NCBI RefSeq assembly: GCF_018977255.1 | Contig: NW_024704742.1 | Location: 119,476,001 to 119,540,000, forward strand | Length of the DNA: 64,000 nt | Direction: 5' to 3' | DNA from: Callorhinchus milii | Lineage: Eukaryota | Shown: one piece after another, positions 53,554-64,000 of the stretch | How the letters are laid out: every line of letters begins with the position of its first letter | Numbering within the stretch: position 1 is the stretch's first letter | Notes under the pieces: model-generated | The model's database searches: none | What the model was told of the DNA's origin: nothing | The model's input: only the letters and a program-made list of their open reading frames with translations | Made by a program: the position numbers and the translations under genes

Positions 53554-54343
53554 TGATTTGTTTTTTATCAGCTGTGTGTCTGACCCATGTGGAAACCGAT
53601 CAATATGCTTAAGAGTACCCGAAACATGAGGTATGCCACTTCTATATACCAATCTCCATGCCTGATATGGAATGCACACTCTAGAATTCCGGAGAATACG
53701 AGGAGCAGGTTGCCAAGATCCAAGGCATGCAGACCCCAAATTGTGTCTTAGGGTAATGCTGTAGTTTAAACTTCCACTAGCAAATAATGAGGAGAACTGT
53801 CATGATGCACAATCTGAAATATAACATTAAAGAAAGGGGAAATACAGTAAGGCAATTTCTTATAGTTATTCTGGGAATCTGTCAGCTCATATGTCTACTT
53901 CCAAATTATTGATACATGCGTCATGATATTAGCCTAAGGTACAATCTGAACAATTTGTAACAGTCTATAAATAATGAGACCTCAAAATATGAACTAGATG
54001 CATTAGCACTTTCAGCAAATAGTATTATTTTAAAGTGGATGTTCCTATACCCAGAGGGCAAAACGTTTGAATGCTTTTAAATTCTAAGAATGTGTTTCTT
54101 AGCCAAAATTTCTTTGATGATCTCTGCATTTGATATAATAATAAAAAAAAGTAATCCTTGCATTGGACTTATCACATTGGAAGGACGCCTCAAAAGCTTC
54201 ACAGGAATTACTGTCCAATGGAGTGACAAATGTGCCATTTTTATTTGGGGGATTGTTGGCTAGGACACCGGGAGAATCTCCCTTCTCTTTTTGAACAGTA
54301 GCGTGGGATCTTTAACGCCTTGGTTAATGTTTCATCCTCTGAC

Positions 54344-54663
54344 AATAATACTAATAATAATCCTTGCATTTGATATAGCGCTTTTCACGTCAGGAGGACG
54401 TCACAAAGCGCTTCACAGAACACACTGTAAACTGAATTGACTGTATATTTGTGGGCGAACGCGGCAGCCAATTGCGCACAGCAATGTCCCACAAACAGTC
54501 CTAGATTGAAAATGACCAATTTATTATTGTTTTTGGTTTTGGAGGGATTATTATTAGGCGTGTGGAGTAAGGAAACTTGCCCAAGGTTTGGCCCTGCCTG
54601 GAATTGAACTCAGGTCTCTCGCTTGCAAAGCGAGTGCTCTAACCACTGAGCTACAGGACTCCA
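54344..54663 (-). mobile_element. Young tRNA-headed SINE, full length, inserted in an older DeuSINE-like copy
   Basis: Near-identical reverse complement of 53228-53553. Confidence 0.93.
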
Positions 54664-57600
54664 GCATTGCATTGGAGTGTCTAAGCAATCTGAGATGCTG
54701 TCCAGCATGAAGGGCGCTACATAAATGCAAGTTGTTGTTGTTGTCATCTTATAAAAGGAAAGGGTGACCAAAAAAGTGGTGAAGCTACCCTATTATCTAA
54801 AAATAAATCATCATACTATGTGAGCTCAAGTCCTGATGTGGGATATACCCACAACCTTCTGTCTCAGAGACATGTGTAGTACCATTAAGCAAAGCTGATA
54901 TGCCTTATCTCAAAGTGCTTCAGCTGAATCTATTGTGAATTGACTGTATATTTTGTGGGCGAAATGCAACAGCCAATTGCGCACAACAGTGTCCCACAAA
55001 CAGACGTGGATTAAGTGGCCATTTTTTTTTCCTCCACACGGGACTTTTGTGCATGATTCATACTATTTGCACCATTACAGGTTTACCTACATAGGGACAC
55101 ATGTGCAGTACAATCAAATACTGGAGAAGTGTGGAAAGTAAGAAGGACTGGCAGAATAACTATGTATATATGAACTTTGAGCAACTGTACGGTAATCAGT
55201 GCCAAGATTTATACGGCAAAACTGAAGCTCGACAACAAAAGTCGCAACCTTTGACAGATTGAAGAATATGAAACCTCGAAGGAAAAGCAATGTGCCTGAA
55301 TGTGCCTGAAACGTACAGCAGATCATTTAGAAGTGCTGATGAAGCATCCCAACTGAAATGTTCAACGAGACCTAGATTTCTGCTTTTTCTGCATTGCAAA
55401 CCCATCTCCTTTGCATTTCTGGTTTTATTTCATATTTACAGCACCTGCCTTTCTCTTTGTTATAATCCCTTGAGAGAATTTTTGGGGAACGACTTAAACA
55501 ATAATTGTTATCTCTAAGCATTCTGGTTCTTTTCAGTCAACTGTGTTAGTCTCTGCTGTTTTGTGTGGAATTAAGAGAGCTACGATGACATGCAGTGACC
55601 ATACGGAGGCAGTAGTGTGCAATGCCTCCACTTATAATGAAATGGATGGATAAAACCTGCGCTTCAGACACCAAAGGACAAGTTAGATTTGAGTAAAGAT
55701 CAAAAATAAGGATATAAGGACTGTGGATATATCTTTACCTAAAAAAAAGCAAAATAACTCTCTGATTGGGCAGTGAAGGAAAATAAATGAAGAATTTCTG
55801 GTAAGCATTTGATCAAGTCCCAAATGAGGTATAATTTTTACTGGACTGGACTTCTTGAGAATCACAGTATTTGTTACGTTATTTTCTGCATGAACCACAC
55901 AATTCCAAAGTTCAGACGTGCGAGAGTAGGGTAAGAATAAAGTCAGTAAACACTGACATCAATAAAGACTTTGTGACCACTTTTCCACAAAATAGTATGT
56001 TTTTTAAGCTACTTTAATTGGGTGCTTTTCTCTGACAATATTGCATCATTTCCGCTGCTGTCTGATTCATACTGCTATGGATTACAGGCTTGGTATGATA
56101 TACAAGCTGAAGCGGTTGTGTTTCTTTCCGAGTCTTTATGTGACTGGATAATAATAATATTGTTATCATCCATGCATCCACAGTAGGGGTTGCAATCCTG
56201 GGATTTCGGGAGAAGCATTACCATATGAGATCAAGGATCTCATAGGGTAATGGTGCTCCCGAAATCTCAAGATTGCACTCCCTAATCTATGGGGTGAATA
56301 TGGTCCCACAGAAATGGAACGATGCTCATTCTCAAGAGCTGCATCAGACCGACCCAGATAACAAATCACACAGCAGCTGATGAACAGGGACAAGACCATT
56401 TTGCCTCCACAGTGGCTGAAGGTCAGACAATTATGCTGTTTTGCACATTCTAAAGATTTGGACCAGAAGACCTGAACTCTGGTTAAAGCAGTTCCATCTT
56501 GTTGCAATGCACAATCAGCTTATCATAATGCAGCAGCTTTAAAAACTGGAATGATGGATTTTCCAAATAAATTGTTTTAAAATGACAAGGTTTATACTTT
56601 TAGGACTCATTTTGAGAGAGAGTTTAGAAAAAGGATTTATCTTTTAAAAAAATTGCACAATTAGGTGAGTCATGTAGTACAGTGAGTTTGCTATCTTTCC
56701 TTTCCTTTCACCCGCCTTTTGTTGAAATTGAGTCCTGGGTGGGAATGTCAAGTCTTCTTCTATTAGCTGTAAAGACTATTGTAAATATTGCTGCCTCAGC
56801 AAGTTGGTTTGGGTGTAAGTAATATACAACTCTGACGGAAGATACCAACTATACCGACCCAACACTAGTGATTTTGGGGAAAAGGGGTAGATTGGGGGAG
56901 TACTTTTGGAGACAACCTGGAGGTTGTGCTTGAGTGCATGGATTGCTTAGCCTCAGTTTAATAGCACAACATTGATCCTTTAAAAGGGAAATGAGGAGAA
57001 AAACCCAGAATGTTGATATTCCACATTCCTTATTAACAGTGATTAATAGTGATAAGGAGGTATTGAGCAAGCTTTGGAGTCTACGTAACCTGAGTTCTCA
57101 GGTAAATGCTGAACAGTAAGAAATCCAGTGAGAGGTTAAGCAAAGCTTTTGTTTAGACGAAAAGTTCTTCAGTGTATAGTTGGTTCGAATGTCACGTGAT
57201 AAACAAAGGAATACACTGACAAGTGTGAAAACTCAAGAACATGGAATTACACGACCAATAAAGGTGCGAGAAAACACAAATGTGCGTCTACTTGGAGAAT
57301 AATTTAGAAATATTGGTTGTAAGGATGACATGTGTGGGAAATGGAACTATTCCCATGCAAGTGGCAGGAAGTACTTTGTTAAGGTTAGAGGCTAACGTAC
57401 AATCGTGGAACAAAGTAGAAGAACTTTTGTTCTAAAACTAATGATGGTATTCTGACCACAGGCAGTAGTGCTTGAGGCAAACACACTGCAAGACACAACT
57501 AGAAATAAATGTTTCATCCCTCAGGTCATGACATTCTTTACTTTGATAAACACACAAGAAAAAACATTAAAAAATTAGAGATAAAAGAAAATAGCAGAGA

Positions 57601-60300
57601 GAAAGCGAAGTTTTAAAGTATTTTAGTACTGAAACAGTTTCAGTGATAATTCAGAGGCAAATTATCTGTATTTACTTAATTTGAGACAAATTATATGTAT
57701 GTACTAAGCATATTTCTTGCTGACTTCCTAGTGTTTATTAGTGACAAAACCTTATGATCCTGTACCCAAGTCAGTTACTTTAAACAATGTCATAATTCAC
57801 AGTAGTTCTGCAACAATGTTGAATTTAGCAAGTATACATCTGATACAGCACATTCCATATAAATATCTCACAATTTGCTACAAACCAATACTGGAAGTTA
57901 GAAAAATCCAGCACAATCCTATATACAATGAAGGCATCCTAGAGGCCAATCACAATGTCCTTAAGAATATTCTAGGAGTGATAAATGCTTAATTTTCACA
58001 CACATTGGATCAATGTCTTCATGTTATAGAGTACTTTTGGGAGAGAGCAAAAGAATACTGTTTGGAATTGAGGAACAGGAATGAGTTATTTGGCATGTTG
58101 AGCCTATTCATCCATTTTATTAGAACTTTGCTTAACTTTAGATTTTTCTCTCGTATCCTTTAAAACCCTTATCTAACACCCAAGCATCTAACAGTACAGT
58201 CTGTTATAATGCAATAGTTTGGGGTCCATAAATTCCCAACCAACATTATGTAACAGACACAATCACCAGTCAGAGCTTCTGCATTCAATGTGCTGCACAC
58301 TGAGCTTCCTGCATTGCAGCCAGCTCTCCGTGCTCAGTGATGGTGTAAACGCAGCACGAGGAAAGGGATGTTGGCAGCGACCCTGTGATCTGCAATTCGT
58401 CTATTTTTGTAAGTACATGAGCCGCTAACATGGGGAGCTAAAATGTCTGACTTCCAGGCATCACCAGCAGCGACCAGAAGTTGGGACACTTTTTTGGTGC
58501 ACAAGGCGTGGGCTTCTCTTTAAAAAATCAAACCAGCTGGCCTTCTGCCCACATTTTGGATTTTATTGCAAGTGAATGTCGAGACCCACACTCTAATTGT
58601 GCTATAAGTCATCCCACGTTACAAGAAAGCGTGTTACAATGGTGCTCTATTTTATCTGCTTCTTGCTTACACAGTTCAATTTATTCTCGATAGTGGCTTA
58701 CTGTGTTCTGCTCTGAATCCCTGAACTCAAGATAGGTCAGGTTGCAACTCAGGTGAAGATTTCATATATTCTATTAAAACAAATTAGATAGATGCTTGAA
58801 ATAGAGGCATCTTAAAAGGATATGGGGAGTGAACAGGCGAGTGGGGTTACATAAAATAGAGAAAAATTACCAGAGCAAACGTTCTATGACTTAACTGGAT
58901 CTACTTTCCCATCAGTTTCAACAATTTCAGACCCCTAGATTTCAGTCCAGCGAAACTTTGCAACATACTTTGCAACTCTAGACCTAAATGAGGCATTACA
59001 CTTGTCTCTTTTTCCTAGAAGTGCCAGCTTCAGAACTGGTTAAAATATGACCCAAAGGATTACTATAACACAATGGTTCTCATGTTTCTTCAGCGCCTTG
59101 GGACATCCTCCCGACGTGAAATGCGGTTTACAAATGTAATTTTGTTGTTGTTTCTTAAATTTTAAGAAAGTTTGATTTGCTTAGGAGCACATTAACAACA
59201 ATAAAGAACAACAACAATATTACATTTATATAGTACCTTTCATGTAGGGAATCCAAGCTGAGGGTGGGGGCAGCTGATGGAGAAATATGGAAGGGGTGGC
59301 GGGGGGGGGGGGGGTAGAGCAATGGTGACCAAACATGCAGTCAAAAAGAAAGGTCTTGAAACGAGCCTCAAAGCTAGTTAGTGAGCAGGCAAGGCAAAGG
59401 GAGTCGAGGTTGGAGTTCCAGCAAGCAGGAACAGAATGTCCAAAAGGTCATCCACCCATGATCCCGGGCCACATAGCACCTTGTGAAATAGAGCAAGACA
59501 TTATATGTAATTGAACATAACCTGCAAAGCCATAAAATATCACAGAAAATCGTAAACTTCTTTTAGATAACGGCATGCACTGGAACAGTGACCGAAAGAA
59601 TGATCAATGATGCAAAATGATCCAAAAATACAACAGAACAGATTCCAGATGGCAAATTTATAGCCCCAAATGCTGCCATTCTACCAGATGAAATATTCCA
59701 GATTTTTTCATGGTTATTTTCAGAAGCATACAGTCAAGTGCAGTTAATCCCTACAAAAACAGTCAGGATGCTTGTCAACACTTAATTGCATTTACAACAT
59801 GTGACCATGAGTATTTTATAAATATTCCAAATGAACTGTAGAATAAAACCAGTCATTAAAAGCAAATAGGATAATGGCACAACAATAATGTTGTACTCGT
59901 ATAGTACCTTTCACATAGGAATGCATCTCAAAACTCTTCACAGAGACGGAGTGGGGGCCTCAGCAAAAGGGAGATGGGTGGAGAAAGGCACAGTGAAAGA
60001 GAGAGGGTGGGTGTGAGTTGGAGGCATTTAGGGGGAAGAATTGCAGGAGCAGGGGCAAAACTGATTGAAACCTCATTCATCGACAGAGGGCAGAGATGAT
60101 GGGTGGGGGGGGGTGAGAAGCAAGCCTGAATTAGTAGGGTCGATGCCTTCACACTCTCAGGATATAAATATTCTGATCTTTACTGGTCAGTTTAGTCAAA
60201 ATCTATGGAAATCACACTGACAACTCAGTAATCGAGTTGAGATATTTGGAGCACAATGTAGTAGTTATAAGGGGACCATCTTGAATTAGTAATATCTTAC

Positions 60301-60389
60301 CTGAATGAGTCGGGAGAGGCGAGTGAGGTCGAGGAAGAGCTGAAGACTGAGTGTTTCCTATCAAGCTTTTCCGGTTATTGGTGCGACAG
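60301..60389 (-). CDS. MAST4: MAST4 exon a: (S)[29 protein letters not shown](G)
   Basis: cctcag|CTGTCGC...ATTCAG|gtaaga; 89 nt; resembles MAST4 [26 protein letters not shown]. Confidence 0.9.
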
Positions 60390-61848
60390 CTGAGGTTAAA
60401 AGGAGAGGAAAAAAGAGTTAAATTCAGCTCTGCAGGCTTACAGTGAAATTTACCATAACCAAAACCATTCTATACTCATATACAGGTCAGAATGAGCTAA
60501 AAATTTCAGATCAGAGAACTGGATATTAAAGTTATGATTAAAAACCAACTGCATCCACAATTTCATTTACAGAAGCTTCAAATCTTCCAGTAACACATTC
60601 AAACAGGTAATGGAAATTTTTGCTTGCAATGAAAACATGTGCGTAATCGTATAATAAAAATGAAATCATATTTATACATTTGATTAGACCTATCCCATAA
60701 TGACAAGAAGATGCTTTCACTTCCCTTTAAAACTCAGTGCTACCATAAAAGTGATATTGTTTTATTGGAGAAGTTTAAGCCATCCTCGAGAATTGCCTTG
60801 TAATGATTTTCTGGTGTGTCCTTTGTAACACAAGTGCAGTTGAGAACTTGCACTCTGAAACATAGATTACTGCGAGACTGAGTGGCACAAGAGTGAATGT
60901 GCTCCATTTGAGACAAATACCCAGCTCTCAATTCTGTCGGACTGAAAGTCTTCTACCTGCCAGCTGTCAGGTTCCTCTTTGAAACAAGCTTGATCAATCT
61001 CACCCCAATTATTGAACGCTGACCCACAGCACAAAAATCTCCCAATATTCCTACACAAGGAACACTCTGAATCATCCAGAAGGATGACTGGCGCACAAGG
61101 AAAAGTGCACATTGCAAGTTATGTGGGATTAGCTGGTTAAACTCCAGATGTACACAACGCACTGTGCAATCTCTAAGCCTTGGCTCTTGGCAACGTGTAC
61201 CTAATACTATCCAGAATTAGATAAGCAGGGTGAATCCCTCCATGGAGTGAGTGCGCATTGCATTCCAGACAAAGGGGAATTTCCATGTGTTTGTGACAAA
61301 GATATGTGGGACTCTGTATGGTTTGGATACTTTTAAGCACGTTTTTTTTGTTAGAACATGGAATAACTTATTAGTGGAGTCCATTTCCTCTTTAAATATT
61401 GAAAATCAGTATTTGAAAGTAAAAATCTGATAACAAAGCAGCCATTACAAGGTGGAAATTCCATAAAACCAGAAGTAGCAGGTCAGGGAGCATTTCTTCA
61501 CAAAGTTGTTCATGAAGATGTGGAATGCTCTACACCACAAAGCTGTATGGGTGGAATCAATATGGATGTTTAAAAGTGACAGATACTTGGTTGTAGAAGC
61601 AATGCAGCGCGTGGGAAAACTATGGTTTCTGCACGTCAGCTACTTGGTCGAATAAAACAAAATTGATGACAACCAGGAGCTTGATTACTTATTGTACAGT
61701 ATATACTCTTTACTTAAGATGAACATTGTTATCCAAACAACTAGCTGGATTTATGTTATAGAGCAAATGACTAAGATAAGAGATGAGAGTTTTTTCTTAA
61801 TCTCCCAACAAAATAGAATTCAATAGAATACATTTCTATTGAAACTAA

Positions 61849-61925
61849 GGCTGTGTTTACACTGCCAGGCAAATGTGGGTTTCATTCTTTTAAAATGCTG
61901 GCAATTTACCAATGTAAACACAGAC
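61849..61925. mobile_element. Candidate PIF/Harbinger-like MITE
   Basis: TAA|GGCTGTGTTTACACTG...CAATGTAAACACAGAC|TGA; 14/16 TIR match; TNA flanks. Confidence 0.45.
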
Positions 61926-62287
61926 TGAGGCTAATGCCAGAGGAACCCTTTGATCTCTCAGGTTTCTCTAGGCAACAAGAGAACAGTGTGGGGATTTGAT
62001 GTCACTGCTACAGCCTCTCTGCTCTGTACTTGTGGCATTCAATTCCAAAGGTCTAGGATCTGCAGTAGTGTAAACAATAGTGATTTAGTACAAGAGATTG
62101 CATAGAAATTGAATCATTCACAATGCAGATCAGTTTCTCTCATAATCTGAATTGATCTTTTAAGATAAATTCAACTTTAAAGCAGCCAGCTCACAGGTCT
62201 CTCTCTCACCATCTCTATACCCGTCAAGCTCTTCATAGAAAAAATACACTCACAGCTGATAGACAAATTAGCTTGTCAGGTGGATAA

Positions 62288-64000
62288 ACAATAGCAGCAG
62301 CAAAATTACATTTGTATAGCACCTTTCATGGTGGGAGGACGTCCCAATGCGCTGGACAGACAGAGCTTCGGACCTGATTCGGGGGTCAGGATCGGGGAGG
62401 GTGGAGGGCAGGGAGGGAAGCAGGGTGATTGAAAGCAGTCGAAGAAGAAGGTCTTGAGATGAGTCTTGAAGGAGGCAAGGAATGGGGCGAGTTGGAGGGA
62501 TTGCAGGATAGAATTCCAGAGGGTGAGGGCAGAGTGACAGAAGACCTGCCCGCCAATATTGGAGCGAGCGAGGCAGGGGACATGAGCAGGCCGGAGCCCG
62601 TTGAGAGGAGGGAGCGAACAGGATGGTAGGGCTTTAGGAGGTCGCAGAGGTAGGGGGGAGCAAGGCCATGGAGGGCTTTGAAGGTGAGGACCTTGAACTG
62701 TATCCTCTGTGTGATGGGAAGCCAGTGGAGTTGGGGAAGACGATGGTGATAGGGTCACGGAGCCTGGTGCAGAAGAGGACACGGGCTGCAGAGTTTTGGA
62801 TGATATGCAGCCTATGGAGGGAGGAGTTGGGGAGGCCAACGAGCAAGGTATTTGCATAGTCAAGCCTCGATGTAATGAATGTGTGTATGAGGGTTTCGTC
62901 GGAGCCAGGCAATGTTGCGGAAGGTGGGGGAAGGCATTGCGGATCATAGCACTGATGAGGGGTAGAAAGGATAGTTGAGGGTCAAACAAGATGCCAAGAC
63001 TCCGGACTGGTTTAGTAAGGTGGAGTGTGCAACCATGGATGGTGATGCTGTCAGTGCCTGAGGTGAGGAGGTGCTGACAGGAGCCAATCAGGAGGCCCTT
63101 GGTCTTGTTGATGTTCAACTGAAGACAGTTAGCTCTCACCTCGGACTTGATGTCTGACAGAGATTCTGCCAGGATAGCAGTGGTCCTGGAGTCAAGGGTG
63201 GAGGCAGAGAGGTAGAGTTGGATGTCATCCGCATATATGTGGAATTTGATCCCATGTCTGCGGATAATGTCACCAAGTGGGAGCATATATTTATTGAAGA
63301 GGAGGGGACCAAGGACAGAGCCCTGAGGAACGCAACACGAGACGGTCCAGGGGCTGGAGGAGAAACTATTTGTGGAGATGAACTGGAAGCGGTGTGAGAG
63401 ATACAATCTGAACCAGTCAAGGACAGAGCCGTGAAGGTTGAGGTGAGAGGAGAGGCGGCGGATGAGGATAGAGTGATTGATGGTATCGAAGGCAGCGAGG
63501 AGGTCAAGGAGGATGAGGTAGAGGGAGCCCTGGTCGCAGACGGACAGAATGTCTGTAACTTTGACCAGAGCAGTTTCTGTGCTGTGGGCGGCACAGAAAC
63601 TCGATTGGAGGGGTTTGAGAAGAGAGTGGCGAGAGAGGAAGGAGTAAAGCTGGGAAGCACAACTCGTTCCAGGACCTTGGAGAGGAAGGGGAGGTTGGAG
63701 GTGGGCCGGTAGCTTGAGAGATTGGTCCAGGGAGGATTTTTTATGGAGTGATGATGGCCATTTTTAATGGGGTGAGAACAGTGCCAGTAAACAGGGAGAG
63801 GTTTATCATGTCTGTGAGTAGAGGAAGAAGGAGATGGAGCTGGGATGTAAGGAGAGGGGTAGTGAGAGGGTCGAGAGAGCAGGTGGTCAGTTTCATGCAG
63901 GTTATAGTGGTGGTGAGAGAGGAGTGGGAGACAGGTTCGGAGGTGTGGAGGGAGGGATGGGTAGGGGCCGGGTTGGGAGGGGGAGATGAGGAGAGTGTAG
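62288..64000 (-). mobile_element. L2-clade LINE, degenerate ORF2 (RT) plus 3' tail; continues past the window end
   Basis: RT motifs VPQGSVLGPLLF and YADDIQLYLS; FITSRLDYANTLL in a shifted frame; frameshifts present; tail GGACGTCCTCCCACCATGAAAGGTGCTATACAAATG. Confidence 0.93.

Noticed and set aside
62306..63406. 366-aa ORF as a host gene or active reverse transcriptase
   Set aside because: It is frameshifted L2 ORF2; homology switches frame midway.

Overview
Vertebrate genomic DNA, AT-rich and dense in SINE/LINE copies. The repeat content suggests a cartilaginous fish, possibly a chimaera such as Callorhinchus (inference). The whole window lies inside one minus-strand gene, a MAST4-type microtubule-associated Ser/Thr kinase. 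I traced 22 phase-compatible GT-AG exons from 60389 down to 1755 (2,983 nt, about 994 codons, no stop). They cover the DUF1908/pre-kinase region, an intact AGC kinase domain and most of the PDZ domain; the start and the C-terminus lie outside the window. Additional splice features include a 21-nt in-frame microexon (SHGHRPDR) and several tandem splice sites. Introns contain young tRNA-derived SINEs sharing a 3' tail with L2 LINEs, older DeuSINE-like copies, L2 and CR1 fragments, nested insertions, a perfect 35-bp inverted repeat, hammerhead-like motifs and an unclassified ~250-bp repeat. Most ORFs in the supplied track are spurious or repeat-derived. I see no evidence of a wholly new multi-gene system.
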